Shown piece by piece: positions 1-9,137 of a stretch of 64,000 nt of DNA (position 1 is its first letter; each line of letters begins with the position of its first letter). A program made the position numbers and the translations under genes. The notes below the pieces were generated by a model. That model saw nothing but the letters and a program-made list of their open reading frames with translations. It was not told the DNA's origin and did not search any database. The stretch lies in contig CAWIGG010000004.1 of the NCBI GenBank assembly GCA_963835575.1, forward strand, positions 869,672-933,671, in the 5' to 3' direction. This DNA is from an uncultured Spirochaetota bacterium (lineage in GTDB: Bacteria > Spirochaetota > Brevinematia > Brevinematales > JAOACQ01).

Positions 1-2
1 TC

Positions 3-506
3 ACGACGCATTACAGGAAGCCGCTGAACTTTACATTCGACCTGCTGAAACAGGCGGAATCTTCCCTCAAGCGGATTGACGATTTTATTTTTGATCTGAA
101 AAATGTCGCGAAAACCGGAAGTAAAGACGCCGGGCTGTCCGGCGCCCTGAGTAAGGCGGCGGCCGGTTTCGAAGCTTCGCTTGATGACGACCTGAATATA
201 TCGGAGGCTATGGCCGCATTGTTTGAACTCATCTCCTATTATTATGATAATAAGGCATCGGCGGTCCGGGAAAATATTCCTGAAATTCTGAGCTTTCTGG
301 AAAAAGCCGACAGCGTGCTCGGTTTCATCAAAACGGAAAGTAAAGATACCCTGTCGCCTGAAGAGGAAAAGCTCCTGCAGGAACGCGCTGACGCCAAGCA
401 GAATAAGGATTACGCCCGCGCCGACGCCGTCCGCGCCCGCCTGCTGGAACTCGGCATTGAGGTCCGCGACACGAAAGACGGCGTTGTATGGAAGAGGATT
501 AATTAA
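3..506 (+). CDS. cysS: Cysteinyl-tRNA synthetase, 3' part (runs off the window start)
   Basis: The frame is open from base 3 and reads HYRKPLNF...LDDDLNISEAMAALF...KDYARADAVRARLLELGIEVRDTKDG, typical of the CysRS DALR/anticodon-binding C-terminus. Confidence 0.93.
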   Translation, partial: TTHYRKPLNFTFDLLKQAESSLKRIDDFIFDLKNVAKTGSKDAGLSGALSKAAAGFEASLDDDLNISEAMAALFELISYYYDNKASAVRENIPEILSFLEKADSVLGFIKTESKDTLSPEEEKLLQERADAKQNKDYARADAVRARLLELGIEVRDTKDGVVWKRIN

Positions 507-563
507 ATATATTTAATAAAATTATGACAGGAGAGATCGAATAAAATTTAGTTCAATTGAGCA

Positions 564-592
564 TTGACATTTTGGGTTAATGTCAGTATACT
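564..592 (+). promoter_or_regulatory. Sigma70-type promoter with overlapping inverted repeat (candidate operator)
   Basis: TTGACA (564-569), 17-bp spacer, TATACT (587-592). The inverted repeat TGACATT-N7-AATGTCA spans 565-585. Confidence 0.75.
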
Positions 593-600
593 TCATATAT

Positions 601-735
601 AAGGGAAGAGCAGGTTTTCAAACCGGGCCTCCTTGAGAGGCAGTAGAAATAAAGAGCTTTTCTACAGGACTTCCTTCAATTTAAAATGTTATGAATTGGA
701 GCGGTCACAGGTTGTGAAAGTTGTTGTTCCCTTTT
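601..735 (+). ncRNA. Candidate structured RNA or 5' leader of unknown family
   Basis: 601-624 pairs with 710-733 (about 22 bp including G.U, one mismatch, two bulges). This encloses three hairpins (627-641, 643-665, 668-706). It starts at the expected TSS of the 564-592 promoter and ends in a T-rich tract. Confidence 0.4.
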
Positions 736-802
736 CTCATTTTTCACCCCGCCCGGAATGTTTTTTTATTTTGAATCCATCTAAGTGAATTGAAAGGTTT
801 AT

Positions 803-1777
803 ATGAGAAGTTTATATGGAGTCATATTGTTATCGCTGGGTTTTTTGATAATGAATCAAATGTCTTTCGCGGACAGAATACGCGCTAAATTCGAGCCGCC
901 CGAAGGGAAAAAACTCTTTATAATCGGGCAGGACAACAATACGATAGAGAATTATATCGCATCCAACAGCCATGTTCCGGCGGGCTTTATGCTGTACACT
1001 TCAATCCAGAAACTTGAAGGGCTTGATAATGAATCGCCGGACTACGGTTCCGGTATTATGCATGCGGAAGAGCTCATCCGGAAATATCCCAATACAGTTC
1101 TCCAGATAGGTCTCTATATGGTAGGCGCGTTAAAGGAAACCTATGAAGGCCGGTATGACGGCAATATCCTGAGGCTGGCGGCATGGCTCAAAAAAATTAA
1201 AATCCCTGTTTTTTTACGCATCGGTTATGAATGCGACGGCCCCCATAACCGCTATAATCCCGACGATTATAAAAAGGCGTTCCGGCACATAGTCGATCTG
1301 CTCAGGCGGCAGAATGTTTATAATGCCGCTTATGTCTGGCATGTACATTCTCATAAGGCAAAACCGGGGCTGAACGCCTGGTATCCGGGCGATGATTATG
1401 TGGACTGGGTCGGCGTCAGTTATTTTGATCAGCCGCAGAGCGTCATTGCCGCATCGGTTCAATTCGCCAATGATCATAAAAAGCCGGTCATGGTGGCTGA
1501 AGGGACGCCGAAAGGAGTGGGCAGCGGCCGCGGCCGTTATTCCTGGGAAGCCTGGTACGGCGATTTCTTTAATTTTATTAATAAGCATGAGATCAAGGCG
1601 GTTTGCTATATCAATAACAACTGGGATGAACAGGAAATGTGGCGCGGCCAGGGATGGAAAGACGCGCGTGTCGAGGCGAATGAGTATGTAAAGAAACAAT
1701 GGCTTAAAGAAATCAATAAAGACAAATATTTGAAATCATCAAAAGAATTATATGATTCCTTAACTAATTCAAAGTGA
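803..1777 (+). CDS. Secreted glycoside hydrolase, GH26-like (beta-1,3-xylanase/mannanase type)
   Basis: Signal peptide; motifs LRIGYECDG (acid/base Glu), WYPGDDYVDWVGVS, KPVMVAE (nucleophile Glu). Confidence 0.8.
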   Translation: MRSLYGVILLSLGFLIMNQMSFADRIRAKFEPPEGKKLFIIGQDNNTIENYIASNSHVPAGFMLYTSIQKLEGLDNESPDYGSGIMHAEELIRKYPNTVLQIGLYMVGALKETYEGRYDGNILRLAAWLKKIKIPVFLRIGYECDGPHNRYNPDDYKKAFRHIVDLLRRQNVYNAAYVWHVHSHKAKPGLNAWYPGDDYVDWVGVSYFDQPQSVIAASVQFANDHKKPVMVAEGTPKGVGSGRGRYSWEAWYGDFFNFINKHEIKAVCYINNNWDEQEMWRGQGWKDARVEANEYVKKQWLKEINKDKYLKSSKELYDSLTNSK

Positions 1778-1813
1778 AAAAGATATCCGGTAAAAAAAGA
1801 TAAATTGGCCCGT

Positions 1814-3712
1814 TTAATAAAACTCGATCTGTTCTATCGAAATAGTTCCCGAGCCCTGGCTGCCGGGGATGGCCAGTTCAATATCATTCAGTCCCTGAAG
1901 ATCGATTGTTTTATTGCCGGATTGATTTCCCCAGACCGGCCGGATATTGAAAGACTCAAAATTATAGATATAATTAGTCAAGATGCTGATCCCGTAAGAT
2001 TCATCGGCGGAAAAGCTTTCGCCGTCGGCGCCGTTTACGCCCGGATATTTCTTTTTCCATACCTGGTCGACGCCGCTCTCATTAAGATAAATAATGAATT
2101 TCAATTTCTGGGGTACAGACATCCTGATATTAAAACCTTTATAGCCCGTGGCATCATAATAGCCGGTTTTCTCAAAATTCGGCGGGAAAATAGAGATCCC
2201 GCAGCCCCATCCTGTGCCAGTGTTAAAATTTAAAATCAGGGCCTTTTTCTTTTTCTGAATAGTGATCCTGGCATCATTATCGGAGTCGCCCCATGTTGTT
2301 ATCAGGTTATTCAGGGCAGTGTTTGTGCTGAGGTAAACAGAGTCGAAATCAGGGTTTTTTCTGCCTTTTCTTACTGATATTATATCAGCCAGGCGGATGC
2401 TTCCCGGTTGTATATTAATTTGACTGTCCCTGTGAAGGGCTTGTATTTTGGGGTTTGTTTCGCGCATGGCTTTGATAAGCGGCTGATAGAGTCTGCCGTA
2501 TATGTCCACCAGACCGTAATTGCTGTCTTCATCATCCGAAGCCCTGCCGTCCTGGGGGTCGTCAAAGAACTGGAACCAGTGATAGCCGACTATAAATGGA
2601 AGTTCCGCAAAGGATTTCGCGTATTTAATAAAATGGTTCCCCCTTTCCTGCTGATTGGAAACGGTAGTATCGGGACCGACTTTATTCAAGAGGCCTGAAG
2701 TATTGTCCATGGAGCGGAAAGTGAATTCGGAAATGATCAGAGGCTTGCCGGCATAATAAGATAGAGCGGCAAGAAAGCTCCGGTCAATGTCCGGCAGGTT
2801 TTTATAATAGTTGATTGATACTGCATCGCAATATTTTCCTGATATTTTTACAACTGTTTCAGGAACAGAATTGGCAAAACGGTCGGAAAAGATGAGATGG
2901 TTTTTATCCAGGGCCCGGATTTTTTCCGTTATGACGTTGTAGTAGCGTTCCGCCACTATTGCGAGAAATTCATTGCGGAGCTTATTGATATTTTTTGAAT
3001 TAAACTGGTACTGTTTTAAATCAGCGATATCCTCAAATTTCTTTAAATTCAAGCCCCAGTCATTATTAAAACCTTGAATATCCTTATATTTCTGTTTCAT
3101 GAAATCAATGACCCTTTTTTTACCGGCTGAATAACCCGGCAGTTCGAAATACATATCCAGCAGATAGGATTCATGGCCCATATAAAAAGAATAATCTCCG
3201 TACCAGTTCAGGTCATTCCCGACAAAATAACCGATCAAATTCGGGTCATTTATATAGGGCTTACTCTGATCCCGGACGATGAATTCCATTTCTTTTTCAA
3301 ACTGAGCGTCGAAAATATCGACAAGTTTGTTTTTATCGAATTTTTTATATTCAATAATGACCGTATAAGGGATTTTCTGTTTATAGATTTCCTCCGAAGA
3401 CCAGCTTCCCATGGTATTAAATCCGATGTTTGTCAGAAAAGTGATCGTTTCTTTTGCCCAGGCCTCTTCAGTTTTGGATTTTAAGCCGTTGTAGTGATTC
3501 GCTCCGAGTTTGACGTCTTTATCCTCCGGGGTCACATTGCATATGCCGATGGAGAAGAACGGTTTATTGTCAGGCGTCTGGAACCACCATTTACCGCCGA
3601 TTTTCTTCAATGTAATAAATTTCGAAAGGTTTGTCTGACTTTCTGAAAAATCCTGTTCAAAATTAAGAAAAAAAACCATTAAGATAAGAATATAACTAAA
3701 AATACGGATCAT
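1814..3712 (-). CDS. Secreted clan GH-A glycoside hydrolase (GH50/beta-agarase-like) with a C-terminal carbohydrate-binding-like domain
   Basis: Signal peptide; KIGGKWWFQTPD..PFFSIG, GFNTMGSWS, DPNLIGYFVGND, KPLIISEF, VGYHWFQFFD, EDSNYGLVD. The beta-rich C-terminal ~190 aa resembles CBM11/CIA30-type modules. Confidence 0.7.
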   Translation of the reverse strand: MIRIFSYILILMVFFLNFEQDFSESQTNLSKFITLKKIGGKWWFQTPDNKPFFSIGICNVTPEDKDVKLGANHYNGLKSKTEEAWAKETITFLTNIGFNTMGSWSSEEIYKQKIPYTVIIEYKKFDKNKLVDIFDAQFEKEMEFIVRDQSKPYINDPNLIGYFVGNDLNWYGDYSFYMGHESYLLDMYFELPGYSAGKKRVIDFMKQKYKDIQGFNNDWGLNLKKFEDIADLKQYQFNSKNINKLRNEFLAIVAERYYNVITEKIRALDKNHLIFSDRFANSVPETVVKISGKYCDAVSINYYKNLPDIDRSFLAALSYYAGKPLIISEFTFRSMDNTSGLLNKVGPDTTVSNQQERGNHFIKYAKSFAELPFIVGYHWFQFFDDPQDGRASDDEDSNYGLVDIYGRLYQPLIKAMRETNPKIQALHRDSQINIQPGSIRLADIISVRKGRKNPDFDSVYLSTNTALNNLITTWGDSDNDARITIQKKKKALILNFNTGTGWGCGISIFPPNFEKTGYYDATGYKGFNIRMSVPQKLKFIIYLNESGVDQVWKKKYPGVNGADGESFSADESYGISILTNYIYNFESFNIRPVWGNQSGNKTIDLQGLNDIELAIPGSQGSGTISIEQIEFY

Positions 3713-5284
3713 TTAAACCTCCTGCCGTTTTAAAGCGCGTTTTTTTAACTGGACCTTGATTAAAAAAATAATCAAATAGACAATCAGAAAGACCTGGGTC
3801 AATATCAGCAGAATAAACCATCCTAAAAAAGGATAGGATTCCCATAGCCTGAAAGTGATATTTTTAAGAAGAACCGCATTGAGAAGGTTATAAGTCTCTA
3901 TGGAGATTATCGCGGCCGATATGATTATAAAACTGATGAAATGCTTGGAAACAGTATGGACCTTTTTCTGGGAAGGCACCCATTCCAGTTTTCTATTGAT
4001 GATCATCACAAGAAGAGTATAGAAATAGGTAAAAGACTGAAGGGTGGAAGCCACAATAGATCCGATATTCACTCTTTTTAAGCGGTATAAAGGCTGTATG
4101 AGGAACATAAACAGGAAATACGGAATAAAATATACAAAGTAACGGGTATCGATCGTATGATGTTCTATAGTCATCATAACGCTGAATAAAAGAATGACCA
4201 GAATTGAGAATGCCTCTGCTATATAATAGAAAATATTTGAAAGATAAGACAACCGGATAGGAAAGCCGATGGGCGCTTTAAACATTTTTTTGGAGAATAA
4301 AAGCCTCATACAGCTGTAGCACCACCGCCGGTGCTGGTTGAAATAAGCCTGCGGGTCTTCAGGGCTGCGTCCCTGCGCCAATATCAGCGGGATGTACAGG
4401 ATATAATCCCCGCTGGCGGTAACATTAAAACCCGTTTCAAAATCCTCGCACCATGAGACCGGCGCTATTCCGCCGGCCTTTTTGAGGCTTGACCTTCTGT
4501 ATAAAACATTTGTCCCCACGCATATCGCCCCATGGAAATTATTGCGGGACGGCTGAATGATCTTGTAGAAATCCTCCTGCAGAGAGGCTGACCCTTTTGT
4601 CAGGATTGTGTCTTTGTAATCCGAGTCTTTTTCCAGAAAAAATTGGGGGGATTGTATGATCCCGGTTTTTTCATCGGAAAAATACGGCAGCAGGTCTTTT
4701 AAAAATTCCTTTTCGGGTTTGAAATCGGCGTCAAATATGGCAATGAATTCTCCTTCAGTATAGCCCATGGCATATCTGATATTTCCGGCTTTTTTTAAAA
4801 AACCTTTATCCGGCCTGCTGATATAACCTATGCCGAGCTCTTCAGAGAGATTTTTGATTCCTGTGTCTCTGGAATCATCAAGAATAAATATTTTTTTATT
4901 TTCATAGTCAACATTCTTCGCGGCCAGGCAAGTCTGTTTTATAATGGCAATTCCTTCTCCGCTGTAGGGAATGAAGATATCCACGGAGGGCCTGTTTTTA
5001 TTATCCAGCCAGAATCTTTCTGCCCATTCCTGATGAAATTGGGGCTGGAATTTTTTATAAAACAGGTTAAAAATATAATGAGTGGTATAATAAAACAAAA
5101 AGACCGCTATCAGCGGCGTGAAAATAATAAAAAAAGCCGTATTGCGGATGCAGAGCAGAATAAGACCGAAGATCATGATTAAACTTGTTAATAAACCAAT
5201 TATATTGATGATCTTAGTATAGAGCTCATTATAATCGGAATAATAGTATTTCATAGGCGGTGATGGACGCTTTGTGTTTTTCAT
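3713..5284 (-). CDS. Processive GT2 glycosyltransferase, cellulose-synthase-like, without PilZ domain
   Basis: Motifs LDDS, KAGN, FDADF, QSPQFF, EDF, QHRRW (D,D,D,QxxRW). N- and C-terminal TM helices; the protein ends right after the last TM. Confidence 0.85.
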   Translation of the reverse strand: MKNTKRPSPPMKYYYSDYNELYTKIINIIGLLTSLIMIFGLILLCIRNTAFFIIFTPLIAVFLFYYTTHYIFNLFYKKFQPQFHQEWAERFWLDNKNRPSVDIFIPYSGEGIAIIKQTCLAAKNVDYENKKIFILDDSRDTGIKNLSEELGIGYISRPDKGFLKKAGNIRYAMGYTEGEFIAIFDADFKPEKEFLKDLLPYFSDEKTGIIQSPQFFLEKDSDYKDTILTKGSASLQEDFYKIIQPSRNNFHGAICVGTNVLYRRSSLKKAGGIAPVSWCEDFETGFNVTASGDYILYIPLILAQGRSPEDPQAYFNQHRRWCYSCMRLLFSKKMFKAPIGFPIRLSYLSNIFYYIAEAFSILVILLFSVMMTIEHHTIDTRYFVYFIPYFLFMFLIQPLYRLKRVNIGSIVASTLQSFTYFYTLLVMIINRKLEWVPSQKKVHTVSKHFISFIIISAAIISIETYNLLNAVLLKNITFRLWESYPFLGWFILLILTQVFLIVYLIIFLIKVQLKKRALKRQEV

Positions 5285-5525
5285 AAAACCCCGTTCTTAA
5301 TTTTTAATAATTCTTATATAAAGCTAACAAATGTTTGTGAATAAGGCAAAAATACTTTATAAAAAGGATAAATACCTTGTGAATTACAGACAATTTCAAA
5401 GCTTCATTTTGCATAGCGGCATTTATTGATTATTTAATAATATCAACATACTATTTCTTAATAATTCCATTACTTTGTTGGATTAAAAGTTATAAAGAAC
5501 CCGGCATTATTATTGCCGCTTCGAG

Positions 5526-6254
5526 CTAATGCTTTCTTATAAAACCCTTTATTTCGACCAATGCCTTGTCTCTGACCTCATCCTTTTCCATCAGGATTTC
5601 GTGGTATGAACTTTCGAACAGCACTTTCTTGCAGCCTTTGATCCTTGAGGCCGCCTCATTCATTCCGCCCGGATTGACTATCTTATCGTCCTCTGCCTGC
5701 AGGAACAAAACGGGTATTTTGACTTTATCCGCTTTCTTCAAAGCGGTATTCCCGACGTCCAGACAAACCTTGATCCAGTTAAAATTGGCTCCACCCAGGG
5801 TTATTGACGGGTTTTCCGGCACATAATATTTTTCCCATAAAAACCAGCGCTGGAAATCCCTTGAATTCAAATTCTTATCAAACTCCGGTACAATTCTGTA
5901 GCCCTGCCCCGTCGCGAAAGACTGACCCTGTCCGAGGCAGACGTTCAAGCCGCTGAACAGCCCGGCGAGCCATTTCGGAAAAGAGCCGGTGTTCATATCG
6001 ACCAGCGGCGAAGAGAGGATAGCGCCGTTAAAATCGTCCGGGTATTCTTCTATAAACCGGAGGGCTTCCAATCCTCCCAGGGAATGGCCCAGGATAAAAA
6101 GCTTTTTCGGCATATCGGGCTTGATGATTTTTTCGACAAAAACCCTGACGTCGGTCAGATAATCGTCAAAATCTTTGACATAGAGTTTTTGAGTGTCCGG
6201 CAGCAGCCTTTCGGAAAAACCCATGCCTCTATGATCGAAAATGTATATTGAAAA
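5526..6254 (-). pseudogene. Alpha/beta hydrolase (lysophospholipase PldB-like), 5'-truncated
   Basis: GHSLGG nucleophile elbow, AEDDKIV, SYHEIL. The frame extends upstream only to FSIYIFDHRG before a stop, so the N-terminal oxyanion-hole region and start are missing. Confidence 0.7.
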
Positions 6255-7225
6255 TTATTGACATGAAAGGCGCAGCCGTATTGCCCGGCTTCTTTAATAC
6301 GCATGTCCATAACGCCTATAATGAAAATAATTTAAAAACCTGGGCCGGATCGGGGATCACCACCGTCAGGGATTTATCGACAGGCCTGAATTCCCTGGAC
6401 AGCGCTTTAATTATGCGCGACAGGACTTTAAAAGACCCATATCTGGCCAGGATCGTATCCGCCGGGACCGGGATAACCGTGCCGGAGGGCTATCCGGTCA
6501 GGCAGTTCCATATGGATTCTGTTCTGGCCGCAACGCCGGAGGAAGCCGGGACGAAAACAGAATGGCTTCTGAATAAAGGCGTTGACGTCATAAAGATATT
6601 TCTGGAAAGCGGTAAAATCTTTCTCTATGCCAATCTTAAATGGCCCGTCCTGACAAAGGAAGAAGTAATCAATATTATAGAAGCCGCTCATAAAAGGGGT
6701 ACAATTGTCACCGCCCATGTCAGCGATTCGTCCGATTTGAAGTTGGCCCTGGAATGCGGGGTCGATGATATCGCCCATATGGTCACGGATGAGCTCAAGG
6801 ATGATGAGCTTGTTAATATAATGGTTTTAAACAATATCTACTGGGTCCCTACGCTCGAGCTCTGGAAAGGGGTCCATCTGGACAGATATACTACAAATAA
6901 TCTCAGGCGGTTTATTCAAGCCGGGGGCAGAACCGCCCTGGGGACGGATTATGCCGGCTATTCCATGCCTTTTCAATTAGGGATGCCTATCCTGGAAATG
7001 GAGCTGATGCTTGATGCCGGTATGACGCCGATGCTGGTCATCATGGCCGGGACAAAAAACGCGGCCCATGTCTGCAGCAGGGAAGCGGTTCTTGGGACAT
7101 TGGAGACAAATAAGATCGCCGATATCATTGCCGTCGGCGGCAACCCTCTTCAAGACATTCACTGCCTGACGAATGCCCTGTTTGTCATGAAAAGCGGTGT
7201 TATAATAAAAAATACGCTTAAATAA
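6248..7225 (+). pseudogene. Metal-dependent amidohydrolase, probably 5'-truncated
   Basis: Starts abruptly at KIIDMKGAAVLPGFFNTHVH (HxH), with GITTVRDL, TAH, IAH, ALGTD, ADIIAVGGNPL. It lacks the usual N-terminal beta-sandwich segment and has no RBS or promoter space. Confidence 0.65.
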
Positions 7226-7240
7226 AAGGAGGATAGAAGA

Positions 7241-8125
7241 ATGACTTTTTTCAGGAAAGCATTGCTTTTAGCGTGCCTTATTTTCTTTTCAGGAGGATGG
7301 TTTTATGCCGGGGAACTTCCTGCCGGCTGGAAGATCGCGTTCCAGTCAAAATACTCCGATGACAAAAAAATGTATGTTGCCGGGTTTTTAAACGATAAGT
7401 TCGGAGTTATGGCCGGTTACGCCGGCGCCGTTTTCTATACATCGGACGGCGGGAAAACATGGTACGGCGGAAAGAACACTTCATGGTGCCGGTGGGGAAT
7501 GGACATACTGGATGAAAAAACCGCTTATACCTGCGGCAATAGCGGGCATAACCGGATCTCGAAGGACGGAGGCGTTACATGGACGCTTTTGTCGGATTAC
7601 GGCGGGATGGAACCGGACAATGGAAAGTTCATTTCTTTTGCCGACAGGGATAACGGCTGGGCTGCCGCACGGCTTAAGCTTGCTTCGACCCGGGATGGAG
7701 GGTTGACATGGAATGAAATCGCGCTGCCCCCGGACTCAAAAATGCTTTATGCCGTAACTCTGCGTAAAAAGGATGAAGGATATATTCTGGACAGGACGGG
7801 CCAGCTCTTTGAAACAAAAGACGGCGGTAAAAGCTGGAACAAAATGCATTTTGAATTAAACGGAAGAACGATTATTCCATTTCCTTTTAACAACGCTGTC
7901 GCTTCCGTCGGTTTTTGGGATGAAAAAAACGGAAAGGTTATTTTGTTTATGGTCAAACCCGAAAGGCAGTGGGTTTCGTATATAACTTCGGATGGTGGAA
8001 AATCCTGGAAGGAAGAAAGCCTTCCAATCAATACTTTTGGGGCCGTATACCTTTCTCATGACGGAAAAACCCTTTCCATCACGGATACAATAGATAAAAT
8101 GATAACAGTACTACACCCCCTGTAA
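7241..8125 (+). CDS. Secreted BNR/Asp-box repeat beta-propeller protein (Ycf48-like)
   Basis: Signal peptide and five (S/T)xDGGx(T/S)W Asp-box repeats; RBS AGGAGG. Confidence 0.8.
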   Translation: MTFFRKALLLACLIFFSGGWFYAGELPAGWKIAFQSKYSDDKKMYVAGFLNDKFGVMAGYAGAVFYTSDGGKTWYGGKNTSWCRWGMDILDEKTAYTCGNSGHNRISKDGGVTWTLLSDYGGMEPDNGKFISFADRDNGWAAARLKLASTRDGGLTWNEIALPPDSKMLYAVTLRKKDEGYILDRTGQLFETKDGGKSWNKMHFELNGRTIIPFPFNNAVASVGFWDEKNGKVILFMVKPERQWVSYITSDGGKSWKEESLPINTFGAVYLSHDGKTLSITDTIDKMITVLHPL

Positions 8126-8146
8126 GTACCAGACTATCAAGTAAAG

Positions 8147-8171
8147 CGGCCTTGTTTTAAAAACAAGGCCG
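8147..8171. terminator. Hairpin between convergent genes, likely intrinsic terminator
   Basis: CGGCCTTGTTTT-A-AAAACAAGGCCG inverted repeat followed by TTATTTT. Confidence 0.7.
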
Positions 8172-8233
8172 TTATTTTATAGAATATCAAACAGCTCAAT
8201 TCAGGAATAATAAACTTCTGAAAGAAAAGGTTT

Positions 8234-8329
8234 TTAAAATTTTATAAAGTGGCCGAGCCAGAACATAAAGGCAACGGCAAAAACATGCAGAATCCACCAG
8301 CCCAGCTTGAATAATAATATCTTACTCAT
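8234..8329 (-). CDS. 31-aa single-TM protein, not in the ORF track
   Basis: GGAGG RBS, then MSKILLFKLGWWILHVFAVAFMFWLGHFIKF*. It directly follows the 8341-8808 gene and resembles that protein's C-terminal helix. Confidence 0.7.
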   Translation of the reverse strand: MSKILLFKLGWWILHVFAVAFMFWLGHFIKF

Positions 8330-8340
8330 ATAATCCTCCC

Positions 8341-8808
8341 TTATTTCCACAGAATGTGGCCGAGGTAATACACTATGCTCAGGGCAGCCAGATGCACTCC
8401 CCAGTAGCCCATATTCGGGTAGCGGAAAAAGCGCCCCTTATGCCGCGGCGCATCAAGATTATTGGTGTTTGTCATCTCCAGATCAAACAAAAGCTTGCCG
8501 ATGAAAAACACGCCCCAGAGTATAAGAATGTCAGGCAATATAGGATGCTTAACCAATCCATAATGCACCATTGTTATGGTGCCGATGATAGCAAGCATTC
8601 CGTTGGTCAGATAGGCAAAGGGAATGAGCTTTTTGAAGCAGAACATCGTGGAAACAACCAGGACGCTGATGATCCCGGCGAAAAACGGAACAAAATTGGC
8701 CGGAAGCTTCTGAATGGGGTGAATCCCCAGATGAAGCAGAAAACCGCCCAATGAGATGCAAACCAGTGTAGTAATGAGAACAATCTTCAGGTATTTTTTC
8801 TGGACCAT
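8341..8808 (-). CDS. Multi-pass membrane protein with His residues in or next to TM helices, function unknown
   Basis: About five hydrophobic segments; LLHLGIHP, TMVHYG, WGVHL, YLGH; RBS GGGAGG. Confidence 0.8.
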   Translation of the reverse strand: MVQKKYLKIVLITTLVCISLGGFLLHLGIHPIQKLPANFVPFFAGIISVLVVSTMFCFKKLIPFAYLTNGMLAIIGTITMVHYGLVKHPILPDILILWGVFFIGKLLFDLEMTNTNNLDAPRHKGRFFRYPNMGYWGVHLAALSIVYYLGHILWK

Positions 8809-9137
8809 ATAGACCTCCCTTTTTAATGTTTATCAGGTGTTTTTAGGATTTGTATAGATTCAGCCTCATTCCCGCCAAATTATATAAAAAAATGAATTAT
8901 AAACCGGGATAAAGGAAAATAATAATCTTCCGGCTGTTAGTCAAACAGCTTTTGTTAAAAAGCATATTGAAAATTATATTGATAAGAATTTTGCAGACCG
9001 GTTTCAGGTCATTTGGAATTTATATTTGACATTTGCTGTGTTAATTCATACCTTTCTATATATATTATTAATTTGCATTATTATGAATCTTTTTTTATGA
9101 TTTTAGACTTAACAGTTTATATTACAGGAATTTTTGC

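Noticed and set aside
601-735. SRP RNA, 6S RNA, tRNA or c-di-GMP riboswitch
   Set aside because: I found no SRP domain IV motif, no TpsiC arm and no GEMM motifs, and the fold is branched and short for 6S. Left as unknown.
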